Assembly: GCA_018062385.1 (NCBI GenBank)
Contig: JAGOSI010000001.1
Coordinates: forward strand, 5,904 to 69,903
DNA from: Minisyncoccota bacterium
GTDB lineage: Bacteria > Patescibacteriota > Minisyncoccia > Phycocordibacterales > UBA918
Reading direction: 5' to 3'
DNA length: 64,000 nt
In this document: positions 54,192-63,670 of the stretch, piece by piece
How positions within the stretch are numbered: the first letter of the stretch is position 1
How the letters are laid out: each line of letters starts with the position of its first letter
Made by a program: the position numbers and the translations under genes
The notes under the pieces: model-generated
Databases searched by the model: none
What the model was told of the DNA's origin: nothing
Seen by the model: the letters and a program-made list of their open reading frames with translations, nothing else

Positions 54192-55262
54192 ATGTTTGGA
54201 AAATTTTTTAGCGGGACATTTAAAAACGACAGGGCTAATCGCGTGGTGGGTATCGACATTGGTTCTTCTTCCATAAAGGTGGTGGAGGTGCAGGAAAATG
54301 GTGGAGCACTTAGTCTCACTACTTATGGTGAGTTGCAGTTGGGTCCTTACGCAAATCAAGATATAGGCCAGTCGGTTGTTTTGGATGCTAAACAAGAACA
54401 GCAAGCTCTCGTTGATGTGGTTAGAGAATCGGCAGTAAAAGCTAATAAGGCGGTATTTGCTATGCCTCTATCGTCTAGTTTTGTGACGATGATTGATTTT
54501 GAAGCGGATATAAAAGAAGATATTTCTTCAAGGGTTAGAGTGGAGGCGAGAAAATATATCCCAGTACCGATTAGTGAAGTTACACTTGATTGGGCTGAGA
54601 TTGAATCTGAAAACAATACAAACCAGAAACATCGCAATGTTTTAGTAGCCGCGATTCAAAATCAAGCCCTCAATCGTTTTAAGACTTTGATGCAGTTCGC
54701 TAATTTAAAAGAACCACCAACTGAAATCGAATGTTTCAGTGCGATCCGAGGAGTGTATGACGAGAAAGAAGAAAACATGGCCGTAATTGATATTGGTGCT
54801 GTTTCGACTAAGCTTTATATTGCTCACAAAGGGTTGTTGCGGCGTATGCATCGAGTGCGAGCTGGTGGAGCGATTGCTACCAAGCGTATCGCCAGTGCCC
54901 TCGAGCTCTCTTTTGAAGAGGCTGAAATCAAAAAGCGTTTAATCAAGAAAGACGATGCTGATTTTCGTGAGGTGGCCCGCTTCCATGATAGTTCTTACGA
55001 TCGTACTTGGCAGGAATTTAGACAGGTAATTAAAGAATACGAAGACAGCGCCTCAATTAAGTTAGACAAAGTATACATCACTGGCGGTGGTTCTATTTTT
55101 CCAACCACAAAAATTTTAGTTCAAGATATTTTACGGAAGGAAGTCGTAGTGGTAAATGCTTTTAGTAAAGTATCTTATCCAGCTTTCATGCAAGATATAA
55201 TTTTTGAATTGAATCCTGCTTTTCATGTTGCTCTCGGAGCAGCGCTTCGCATGTTTGAATAA
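54192..55262 (+). CDS. pilM: type IV pilus assembly protein PilM (actin-like ATPase fold)
   Basis: VVGIDIGSSSIKVVEV...; size and first position in the pil operon. Confidence 0.8.
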   Translation: MFGKFFSGTFKNDRANRVVGIDIGSSSIKVVEVQENGGALSLTTYGELQLGPYANQDIGQSVVLDAKQEQQALVDVVRESAVKANKAVFAMPLSSSFVTMIDFEADIKEDISSRVRVEARKYIPVPISEVTLDWAEIESENNTNQKHRNVLVAAIQNQALNRFKTLMQFANLKEPPTEIECFSAIRGVYDEKEENMAVIDIGAVSTKLYIAHKGLLRRMHRVRAGGAIATKRIASALELSFEEAEIKKRLIKKDDADFREVARFHDSSYDRTWQEFRQVIKEYEDSASIKLDKVYITGGGSIFPTTKILVQDILRKEVVVVNAFSKVSYPAFMQDIIFELNPAFHVALGAALRMFE

Positions 55263-55318
55263 TTTTCATCCACAGCTTTAGGTTCGCTACTAAGTTTGAA
55301 AATCGGTATAATCTTGTT

Positions 55319-56050
55319 ATGCCAGAACCCTTAAACGCATCGTTCATTCCAAAGCGCAATACTAGTCGACCAAATCGCCAAAATCACACAGAGCGAGTTT
55401 TTCTCGGTACACTATTAATTCAGATTTTATTTTTTGCGACTTTACTCGCAACTCTGGGAGTTTTTGTTTATGAAAAGAATCTAAAAGAAAAATTAGAAAG
55501 TGAGGTTATTTCTTTTAATAATGAAATCTCATCTTTTAGTGAAGAGGAGATGAAGCGAGTTATTGGTCTAGATAATCGGATGAAACAAGTAAGTGGTCGT
55601 CTAGCCCATACCGCATCTGTCGTTTCAATTTTTGAAGCTATGGAAGTAGCGACTTTGCAATCAGTTCAAATTAAGAGTCTAAAATTAGTGAGAACTGACG
55701 ATACGCAATTTTCATTAGAATCAAACATGGAAACTGATACTTTCGATTCAGTTATGTTTCAAAGAGGTGTCTTGGAGAGAGATGATAATCTGACTGTAAC
55801 CAAAATGGCCGATTTAAAACTCGTTACTCCTGTTAGACCAGATGGTAGTACAATTGAACAAGACAAAGTCTTACAATTTAAAGCTAATTTAGCTATTAAT
55901 ACCAGTGATGTGCCACATAAAGGGGGTGGTGTTCCTATCGTTAGCGAAGAAATTGTGCCAGATGAGGCAACAACCTCTGAAGCGGTAAATACTGAAGAAG
56001 AGAACAGTACTTTATCAGATGAAGAAGAGTCTAATCAAGAAAATATATGA
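55319..56050 (+). CDS. PilN-like bitopic membrane protein (tentative)
   Basis: Single TM after a basic N-terminus, coiled-coil; position after pilM. Confidence 0.4.
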   Translation: MPEPLNASFIPKRNTSRPNRQNHTERVFLGTLLIQILFFATLLATLGVFVYEKNLKEKLESEVISFNNEISSFSEEEMKRVIGLDNRMKQVSGRLAHTASVVSIFEAMEVATLQSVQIKSLKLVRTDDTQFSLESNMETDTFDSVMFQRGVLERDDNLTVTKMADLKLVTPVRPDGSTIEQDKVLQFKANLAINTSDVPHKGGGVPIVSEEIVPDEATTSEAVNTEEENSTLSDEEESNQENI

Positions 56051-56598
56051 ATGTAAATTCTCTCTTCTTTCAAGTGGTGATGGCCGGCTTAGCAATAGCG
56101 ATTGTTTTTCTCTATATTCAACCGGCTTTTCTCAGGATTGGTGAAACCCAAGATGCAATTGATCAGTATAAAAATGAACGTCAAAAAGTTACTGAAGTAA
56201 CCAATCAGCTTAATCAGCTAATTGAAAAGGTGAACAGTATTTCTGCAACCGATCAAAGAGATCTTTTGGTATATATGCCAAATAAGATTGATAATATCTC
56301 AGTTTCTCGAGATATCTACAACTTAGCTTCGGCAGCACAAGTAGATTTGACTAGTGTGAATTATATAGAAAATAAAAAGGTTGATATTGGTGAAGAAGAG
56401 GAGGTGATAAAAGAGGCATTGCCTATACCACACCGCTTTTCAGTTAATATCAATGGTTCTTATGAAGATATTAAAAAGTTTTTAGGTTTGTTAGAACAAA
56501 GTAATTATCCTTTGGAAGTTCATATTCTTGAAGTTGCTCCTTCACTCCTAAATAAACTTACAGCCAATATGGAAATTGTAACTTATTCGCATCTATAG
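56047..56598 (+). CDS. PilO-like bitopic membrane protein (tentative)
   Basis: Single N-terminal TM, coiled coil; 4-nt overlap with upstream gene. Confidence 0.4.
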   Translation: MNVNSLFFQVVMAGLAIAIVFLYIQPAFLRIGETQDAIDQYKNERQKVTEVTNQLNQLIEKVNSISATDQRDLLVYMPNKIDNISVSRDIYNLASAAQVDLTSVNYIENKKVDIGEEEEVIKEALPIPHRFSVNINGSYEDIKKFLGLLEQSNYPLEVHILEVAPSLLNKLTANMEIVTYSHL

Positions 56599-56607
56599 TT
56601 ATATTGT

Positions 56608-56937
56608 ATGAGTTCTTCATTTAAAAATGTCTTAGTAATATTGGTTCTTATCACTTTAGGCTTCGTGGCTTACTATGTAATCTTTGCTAAGGACGAAGGG
56701 GCGGTGGCATTGGGTGATAACCCTATGGTCTCACCAGAGCTTTATGCCAGTACTCAATTGTTTATTGAGTATCGCCTAGCTTTAGATAAGGTTAAGATTG
56801 ATACGGCTATATTTGAAAACCCGCTATTTACCTCTTACCAAAATTTTACTTTACCAGTAAGTAGTCAGGCAACCAGCCGTAACAATCCTTTCGCACAACC
56901 TAGCAGCTCCAATCTTGATGGTGAAGTTGATTCCTAA
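56608..56937 (+). CDS. small membrane-anchored hypothetical protein (pilus operon)
   Basis: N-terminal TM; ORF only. Confidence 0.4.
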   Translation: MSSSFKNVLVILVLITLGFVAYYVIFAKDEGAVALGDNPMVSPELYASTQLFIEYRLALDKVKIDTAIFENPLFTSYQNFTLPVSSQATSRNNPFAQPSSSNLDGEVDS

Positions 56938-56946
56938 ATCTAAGCT

Positions 56947-58782
56947 ATGAATCCGCTAGAAAGATTATTAGAAACCGGTGAAGTAACCGAATCATTTGTT
57001 CGTCAAATTGAGCAAGTTGCTGAGGAAACTAAACGCCCTTACGAATCAATCTTGATTGAAAAGGGTATTTCTAAGGATACAGTTAGAAAACTTTTTGCGG
57101 ATTATTATCAAGTGCCGTTTTTTGTTATTCCCGAAGGTTTTAATATTAGCGAAGAAATCCTTTCCTATATACCAGAGGAGTCGGCCATGCACTACCGAAT
57201 TGTTCCTCTCAAGATGGAGAGTGATATTTTGGTGGTTGGTGCTAATGATCCAGATAGTCTTCAGATTCGTGAAGTGCTAAACTTTGTAAGTACTAAATAC
57301 AACATCACCTACAAACTAATGTTCATGCTTGATGAAGATATCAAGCGGGCACATGGTTTTTATGCAAATCTTAAAGGGGAAGTAACTGATGCTCTTGAGT
57401 CACTGGAAGGGGAGTTGAATGCCGAAATTGCAGCGGAAGTAGAGGAGGCTTCCGAAGCTGATAAAAAGACCATGGAGCATATTGAAGAGGATGCTCCGGT
57501 GACCAAAATTGTGGCCACTATTTTACGATATGCAGTGGATGGCGCGGCTTCTGATATTCATGTCGAGCCAACCGACGGCAAGGTAGTGGTACGCTTTAGA
57601 GTTGACGGTATCCTTACGACTTCTTTGGAGTTGCCGAGAAACGTTCATATGGCGGTAGTGGCTAGAATCAAGATCTTGTCTTCGATGCGTTTGGATGAAA
57701 GACGAAAGCCACAAGATGGCCGTTTTTCAGCCACTTTTGATGGTCGCAAGATTGATTTTCGCGTTTCTTTGCTACCGACTAGTCATGGCGAAAAGGTGGT
57801 GATGCGTATTCTTGATAATGAGAAGGGTGTGCGATCGCTCGAGGAGGTTGGAGTTTCTCCTCATCTATTAAAGACGATTCGTCGAGCCATCCAAGAACCT
57901 TACGGAATTATTTTGATTTCAGGTCCAACCGGATCTGGTAAGTCCACGACTCTTTATGCGATGTTGTCGGAAGTTGATCGCTTAACCAAAAATGTGCTCT
58001 CGCTCGAAGATCCGGTGGAATACAACATCAGTGGTGTAAGTCAGTCGCAAGTGCGACCAGAAATTGGTTATACTTTTGCCAATGGGCTCCGATCCGCCTT
58101 GCGTCAAGACCCCGACATTATTATGGTGGGAGAAATTCGTGATAAGGAAACAGCTCAATTGGCTATTCAGGCAGCTCTAACTGGTCACTTGGTTCTCTCT
58201 ACCATCCACACCAACAGCGCTATTGGTGTAATTCCTAGACTGATTGATATGGGTGTAGATCCTTATTTGATTGCTCCAACACTTAAACTTGCTATTGCTC
58301 AGCGACTAGCGAGAAGGGTTTGTCCTGGTACTGGAAAGATTGAAACAATAAGTTCTAGTACCAAGTATATGATGGAGGAGACATTTAAAACTCTGCCAAA
58401 GAAATACCAAGAACGAATTCCTAAACAAGAGACAATGGTTTTGCCAGAGCCGGCCCCAGGCTGTACTACTGGTCTAAAGGGACGAGTGGCGGTGATGGAA
58501 GCTTTTGAAGTAAATGACGAAATACAAGAATTAATTCTCCGTAATGGTTCTGAGGATCAGATTTTCCAAGTAGCGAGACGATACGGTTTTATGACCATGA
58601 AAGAAGATGCAATTATCAAAGCTCTTGAACACACTATTCCACAAGAAGAAATGAATGCCTTTGGCACTAAAGTCGGTTTAGACATAGATATTGATGAGAT
58701 GGCCGGACCTGTCGATAACCAACTTCTCGGTGACCCTGAAGCGGATATAATGGATGTTAATGAAGATATTGCTGATCGATGA
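56947..58782 (+). CDS. pilB: type IV pilus assembly ATPase PilB (GspE family)
   Basis: N-terminal GSPII_E_N domains, Walker A SGPTGSGKSTTLYA, Asp box, His box, tetracysteine CPGTG...C-like motif. Confidence 0.9.
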   Translation: MNPLERLLETGEVTESFVRQIEQVAEETKRPYESILIEKGISKDTVRKLFADYYQVPFFVIPEGFNISEEILSYIPEESAMHYRIVPLKMESDILVVGANDPDSLQIREVLNFVSTKYNITYKLMFMLDEDIKRAHGFYANLKGEVTDALESLEGELNAEIAAEVEEASEADKKTMEHIEEDAPVTKIVATILRYAVDGAASDIHVEPTDGKVVVRFRVDGILTTSLELPRNVHMAVVARIKILSSMRLDERRKPQDGRFSATFDGRKIDFRVSLLPTSHGEKVVMRILDNEKGVRSLEEVGVSPHLLKTIRRAIQEPYGIILISGPTGSGKSTTLYAMLSEVDRLTKNVLSLEDPVEYNISGVSQSQVRPEIGYTFANGLRSALRQDPDIIMVGEIRDKETAQLAIQAALTGHLVLSTIHTNSAIGVIPRLIDMGVDPYLIAPTLKLAIAQRLARRVCPGTGKIETISSSTKYMMEETFKTLPKKYQERIPKQETMVLPEPAPGCTTGLKGRVAVMEAFEVNDEIQELILRNGSEDQIFQVARRYGFMTMKEDAIIKALEHTIPQEEMNAFGTKVGLDIDIDEMAGPVDNQLLGDPEADIMDVNEDIADR

Positions 58783-59134
58783 TGATGTTTTTTTGCGTGA
58801 CATGTATGCCACCAAATTTCTTGCATGCGGTCATGATTTAGAAACCTCTGACGGCGGGTCAACCACGCTATCTTTGTTGGGAAAAGGAAATAAGTATGAT
58901 GTGGCATTATTTGACATGATCATGCCCGGAACCAACGGAGTCGAATTGCTGACAATTATTAATCAACAATTTCCTGGTCAAATAAAATACAGTATTTTTC
59001 TAACCAATCAGGGACAAGACGCTGATATTCGTGAAGCTACCGAAGCTGGAGCCGTCGGTTACATTATTAAGGCTAATACTATTCCGAGTGAAGTGGTAAA
59101 GCAGGTAGAAGATATTGTTAGTAAGCAAAAATAA
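58763..59134 (+). CDS. CheY-like single-domain response regulator (PilH/PilG-like)
   Basis: KILLIDDDVFLRDMYATKF...DVALFDMIMPGTNGVEL; overlaps pilB 3' end; ORF track start 58754. Confidence 0.75.
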   Translation, partial: KILLIDDDVFLRDMYATKFLACGHDLETSDGGSTTLSLLGKGNKYDVALFDMIMPGTNGVELLTIINQQFPGQIKYSIFLTNQGQDADIREATEAGAVGYIIKANTIPSEVVKQVEDIVSKQK

Positions 59135-59143
59135 TTTTTTAAT

Positions 59144-60211
59144 ATGGCGGTCGATTATAAAAAAGAACTACAATTACTCATCGATTTACTTCTGGCAGAA
59201 AAAGCTTCAGACTTACATTTTTCCGTCGGTTCTCATCCTTTGATTAGAGTGTCGAGCACGCTCATTCCTTTAGTAAAAAAACCAATTCTAACCAACGCTG
59301 ATGTTGAAGCTTTTGCTCAAGTTTTGATGCGTCCCGATCAGTACGATCGTTTGATTAAGCGAGAGGAGGTAGATTTTTCTTACGAAAACGCTCAGTCTGT
59401 TCGTTTTCGTGGTAATGCCTTTATACAAAGAGGTAAGAAAGCCATTGCTCTTAGATCTATCCCGAATGTCATTAGAACTTTTGAAGATTTAAATTTACCG
59501 CCAATTCTCGATAGTTTTACCCAGCGTACTCAGGGATTCTTTCTTTGTGTAGGGCCGGTCGGTCAAGGTAAGTCGACTACTTTGGCAGCTATGGTAGACC
59601 GTATCAACAAAACTCGCGCTGAGCATATTGTTACCATCGAAGATCCGATTGAATACGTATATCAAGATGATAAATCACTAATTGATCAAAGAGAAGTTGG
59701 TATCGATACTGATAGTTTTGAAACTGCTCTCAATTCTGCTTTTCGTCAGGATGTAGATGTAATCTTGGTGGGTGAGATGCGTAATGCCGAAACTATCGCC
59801 ACTGCGGTAACCGCTGCCGAAACCGGACATTTAGTTTACTCTACTCTCCACACAAACAACGCTGCTCAAACCATTAACCGTATCATAGACACTTTTCCCG
59901 GTGATCAGCAAGACCAGATACGTGTTCAGTTATCGAGTTCACTTATTGCAATTTTTTCACAACGTTTGATCCCGCACATTGCTGGTGGTTTAGTACCAGC
60001 TTTTGAGCTGTTAATAAACACTACCGCTGTGGCCAATCTTATTCGCGAAAATCGTATTCACGAAATTCCATCTGTTATTGAGACTGGTCTCGAGCAGGGA
60101 ATGATAGACATGAATCGCTCTTTGGTAAAATTGGTACAAAATGGTGACATTACAGTCGAGAACGCCTTTACCTTTTCTACCAATCCTAAGGGCTTAGAGA
60201 GATTAATTTAA
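59144..60211 (+). CDS. pilT: twitching motility ATPase PilT
   Basis: GPVGQGKSTTLAAMVD, IVTIEDPIEYVY, GHLVYSTLHTNNAAQTINRIID. Confidence 0.9.
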   Translation: MAVDYKKELQLLIDLLLAEKASDLHFSVGSHPLIRVSSTLIPLVKKPILTNADVEAFAQVLMRPDQYDRLIKREEVDFSYENAQSVRFRGNAFIQRGKKAIALRSIPNVIRTFEDLNLPPILDSFTQRTQGFFLCVGPVGQGKSTTLAAMVDRINKTRAEHIVTIEDPIEYVYQDDKSLIDQREVGIDTDSFETALNSAFRQDVDVILVGEMRNAETIATAVTAAETGHLVYSTLHTNNAAQTINRIIDTFPGDQQDQIRVQLSSSLIAIFSQRLIPHIAGGLVPAFELLINTTAVANLIRENRIHEIPSVIETGLEQGMIDMNRSLVKLVQNGDITVENAFTFSTNPKGLERLI

Positions 60212-60221
60212 ATTTTAAAAT

Positions 60222-61439
60222 ATGCTTTTCAATTATGTAGCTGTCGACAACACAAACATCCAACGTGACGGTACGGTGGAGGCAGTTACTATTGATGCAG
60301 CTATTACAGCCATTCAAAAGCGTGGCTATACGGTAGTATCGATTGATCCGGTACAAACTGAACGTAGTTTAAAGGATCTGGTTAATGTAGATTTTCATTT
60401 TTTTAATTCAGTTTCCAATAAGGAAATTGTGATTTTGTCACGACAAATTGCTACTTTGTTTCAGGCCCATGTTTCACCCCTTCGTATCTTCCGTTTACTT
60501 TCAGCCGAAATTGAAAACCCACAGCTTAAAACTGCGATGGACAAGATTGTGGAAGATTTACAGGGTGGAAGTTCTATCTCACGCGCTTTGGCTAGTCATC
60601 CTGATATCTTCTCTTCATTTTATATAAATCTAGTGCGTTCTGGCGAAGAGTCTGGTTCTCTAGAAAAATCTTTCTCTTACCTAGCTGATTATTTAGATCG
60701 TTCTTATGAAACTGTCTCAAAAGCCCGCAATGCTTTGGTTTATCCAGCTTTCGTTATTACAATTTTCATTGGAGTAATGAGTCTAATGTTGACTATGGTG
60801 ATTCCGGCTATTGCACAAATTCTGATTGACTCTGGTCAGGAATTACCGATCTATACCAAAATTGTGATTGGGGTATCAGATTTTATGGTCAACTATATTG
60901 GCGTTATTATTCTTCTCTTGTCGGTAGGCGGAGTACTTTTCTGGCGCTTTCTTAAGACTGATACAGGAAAACGTACCTTTGATGAATTTGTTTTGTCCAT
61001 ACCTTATCTCGGCGACTTACAAAAAAAGTTACTTCTAACTAGAATCTGCGACAACCTTTCTACTATGCTAGAACGCGGTGTGTCGATGGTGCAGGCACTT
61101 GAAGTAACAGCTGATGTGGTAGACAATATGGTCTACAAGGAAATTATTCAAGAAGCACTGTTTGAAGTAAAAAGTGGTCGATCTTTTGGTGATGCGATTG
61201 CTGAGTATCCAGAGATTCCAGGAGTCTTGACTCAAATGACTAAGGTGGGTGAGGAGACAGGAAGTTTGGCGGAGATTTTGGGTACTTTGGCCAACTTTTA
61301 TCGTCGTGAGGTAAATAATGCTGTCGATACTTTGATTGGCTTGATTGAACCAATCATGATTGTTTTCCTAGGTCTTGGTGTAGGTGTACTTTTGGTTTCA
61401 GTCTTGATGCCAATTTACAATTTGACCAATGCGTTCTAG
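60222..61439 (+). CDS. pilC: type IV pilus inner-membrane platform protein PilC (GspF family)
   Basis: Two T2SSF repeats, 3 TM; 405 aa. Confidence 0.85.
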   Translation: MLFNYVAVDNTNIQRDGTVEAVTIDAAITAIQKRGYTVVSIDPVQTERSLKDLVNVDFHFFNSVSNKEIVILSRQIATLFQAHVSPLRIFRLLSAEIENPQLKTAMDKIVEDLQGGSSISRALASHPDIFSSFYINLVRSGEESGSLEKSFSYLADYLDRSYETVSKARNALVYPAFVITIFIGVMSLMLTMVIPAIAQILIDSGQELPIYTKIVIGVSDFMVNYIGVIILLLSVGGVLFWRFLKTDTGKRTFDEFVLSIPYLGDLQKKLLLTRICDNLSTMLERGVSMVQALEVTADVVDNMVYKEIIQEALFEVKSGRSFGDAIAEYPEIPGVLTQMTKVGEETGSLAEILGTLANFYRREVNNAVDTLIGLIEPIMIVFLGLGVGVLLVSVLMPIYNLTNAF

Positions 61440-61448
61440 AGGTAAAAC

Positions 61449-61505
61449 TAAAGAGGGCAAAAAGGCGCGTCTACGACGCGCCTTTTTGCCCTCTTTAGTT
61501 TTTTA
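61449..61505 (+). terminator. Rho-independent terminator after pilC
   Basis: ctaaagagggcaaaaaggcgcgtc-tac-gacgcgcctttttgccctctttag + T6. Confidence 0.8.
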
Positions 61506-61669
61506 CTATCCACACACCAAACAGCCCTGCTTTTCCTGACCGCTAGTATAATTAATGAGTCTATGTACAACGTAGACAAATCTATACATTTATCATTCAG
61601 ATACACAGCTGATATCTGAATGGTCTTTAGTGCAGATATTAATATTTAATAAACCCTTATTCTAAATTT

Positions 61670-62128
61670 ATGAATAGAAAAATGTTAACGATGTTGAAGA
61701 AAGGTTTTACCCTTATCGAACTTCTAGTCGTAATCGCCATTATTGGTATTTTGGCCGCGGTGGTATTGGCTTCATTAAATGATGCTCGAAGTAGTGGTAG
61801 TGATGCTTCGATTAAGCAATCATTGGGTAATATTCGTTCACAAGCTGAGATTGTTTACAATGCTAGTTCAACATACTCGTATGCTCTTGTTTGTGATAAC
61901 GCAAAAACAGTTCAATTAATGGATGCTGTTGTGGCTAATGGTCCTGCTACTAGTCATAGTTCAGCAGCTGTATCTGCTACAGTTGCGTCATGTAATGATA
62001 GCGACACAGCTTGGTCTGCAGCCTCCCCTCTAAATGGAGGTGGATACTGGTGTGTTGACAGTAGAGGTGTAGCTACTACAACATCAGCTGTTCCTATATC
62101 AAACAGTACTGATTATGTGTGTAGCTAA
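61670..62128 (+). CDS. pilA: type IV (major) pilin with class III signal peptide
   Basis: MNRKMLTMLKKG|FTLIELLVVIAIIGILAAV prepilin cleavage/methylation motif; C-terminal Cys pair. Confidence 0.85.
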   Translation: MNRKMLTMLKKGFTLIELLVVIAIIGILAAVVLASLNDARSSGSDASIKQSLGNIRSQAEIVYNASSTYSYALVCDNAKTVQLMDAVVANGPATSHSSAAVSATVASCNDSDTAWSAASPLNGGGYWCVDSRGVATTTSAVPISNSTDYVCS

Positions 62129-62242
62129 ATATTAAATATATTTTGTTCACAAAAAGCACCACTGGTGCTTTTTGTGTTTTTAGAGTTTCTTGTTTTGGAT
62201 TCTAAGTCAATTATCTTTTCTGTAGATGCTATAATCTAGCTC

Positions 62243-63079
62243 ATGCCAGTCATATTTACTGATCTACCAACCCTTTTTGTTTTAGGATTTACTTTTATCT
62301 TTGGAATAATTATCGGTAGTTTTTTAAATGTGTATATTTATCGTCTGCATACCGGCAAGTCTCTGTCTGGTAGCTCGCATTGTTTGTCTTGTGGTACTGG
62401 CCTGAAGGCTTATGAATTAGTGCCACTTTTTTCTTATTTATTTTTAAGAGGCAAGTGTCGCACTTGTAGGTCTTTTATACCGTCAAGGTATTTTCTGGTG
62501 GAAGGGCTCACTGGTCTGCTGTTTGTTTTTGTCATGCTTACAGCCATTGACTTGTTTACCTTATTGCTCTTTTGGTTTTTGATATCAGTCTTGGTAGTGA
62601 TTTTTGTCTATGATCTCTACCATATGATTATTCCTGATGAAATGGTTTTTACTTTAATGGTAGTGGCTTTCCTACATGAGTTTTATTGGCTGGTGTTAGG
62701 AGTGTCGGCTGTTGACTTTGCTTTTAATATTTTAGCGGCTCTAACCGGATCTTTATTTTTATTTTTGTTATGGCGAGTGTCGGAAGGAAGATGGATTGGT
62801 TTTGGTGATGTGAAGTTGGTTTTACCATTGGGGATTTTAGTAGGATATGCCGGAGTGTTTTCAATGTTGGTATTATCATTTTGGATTGGGGCGATTATCG
62901 GACTTTTGCTTTTAGCTTGGCAACATCTACAAAAGAGGGGAAAACCACACTTACGTTTCTTAACGCGAGAGCTTACAATTAAAAGTGCTGTTCCGTTTGC
63001 GCCATTTTTGATTTCCGGTTTCTTGGTAGTGTTGTTTTTGGAAATTGACGTTGTGTCTTTGATTACTTATGTACCATAG
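62243..63079 (+). CDS. pilD: prepilin peptidase (A24 family, PilD)
   Basis: N-terminal CxxC...CxxC zinc motif (HCLSCGTG...CRTCRSFIP), catalytic GFGDVKL. Confidence 0.85.
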   Translation: MPVIFTDLPTLFVLGFTFIFGIIIGSFLNVYIYRLHTGKSLSGSSHCLSCGTGLKAYELVPLFSYLFLRGKCRTCRSFIPSRYFLVEGLTGLLFVFVMLTAIDLFTLLLFWFLISVLVVIFVYDLYHMIIPDEMVFTLMVVAFLHEFYWLVLGVSAVDFAFNILAALTGSLFLFLLWRVSEGRWIGFGDVKLVLPLGILVGYAGVFSMLVLSFWIGAIIGLLLLAWQHLQKRGKPHLRFLTRELTIKSAVPFAPFLISGFLVVLFLEIDVVSLITYVP

Positions 63080-63668
63080 TGGATATAAAAAAAGTTTTAA
63101 AATTACTGGTTTTGCACTAGTAGAATTACTGGTCAGTATCAGTATTTTGGTTTTGGTTACTGGAGCAGTTATGGCAAATCATGGCGCTTTCAATAGTGCG
63201 GTTTTGCTTCGTGGTCAGGCATATGAAGTAGCTTTTCAAGCTAGAGATACTCAGCTTTTTGCGGTTAGCATCATGAGTGATGCGGGCCAGTATAGAAATA
63301 TTTACGGCTTACATTTTGATAAAAACAACAACACCGGTTACAAAATTTTCCGAGATAGCAATCGCAATTCTTATTTTGGTACTAGTGAAGAATTTGGTCG
63401 GCAAGGCAGTCTTGATTCAAGGTTTGTCATTGGTGATGTGCGGTGGGTTCATAGTAATGGATCAGAGACCAGTATTAATAATGTTTCAGTATTGTTTGAA
63501 CGACCAAATTTTGATGCAAAGTTTTTTGAAGCGGCTGCTCCTGGGGGTGAATTATCCAATGCTATGGCGGTTGAGATTGATATCCGAACCAAGGGAACAA
63601 GTGGCAATACAAACGGTGAGGTACGCACAGTTGAGATTACTCGAACTGGTCAAATCTCGGTACAATAA
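63069..63668 (+). CDS. prepilin-type N-terminal cleavage/methylation domain protein (minor pilin)
   Basis: ...KITG|FALVELLVSISILVLVTGAV. Confidence 0.7.
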   Translation: MYHSGYKKSFKITGFALVELLVSISILVLVTGAVMANHGAFNSAVLLRGQAYEVAFQARDTQLFAVSIMSDAGQYRNIYGLHFDKNNNTGYKIFRDSNRNSYFGTSEEFGRQGSLDSRFVIGDVRWVHSNGSETSINNVSVLFERPNFDAKFFEAAAPGGELSNAMAVEIDIRTKGTSGNTNGEVRTVEITRTGQISVQ

Positions 63669-63670
63669 TT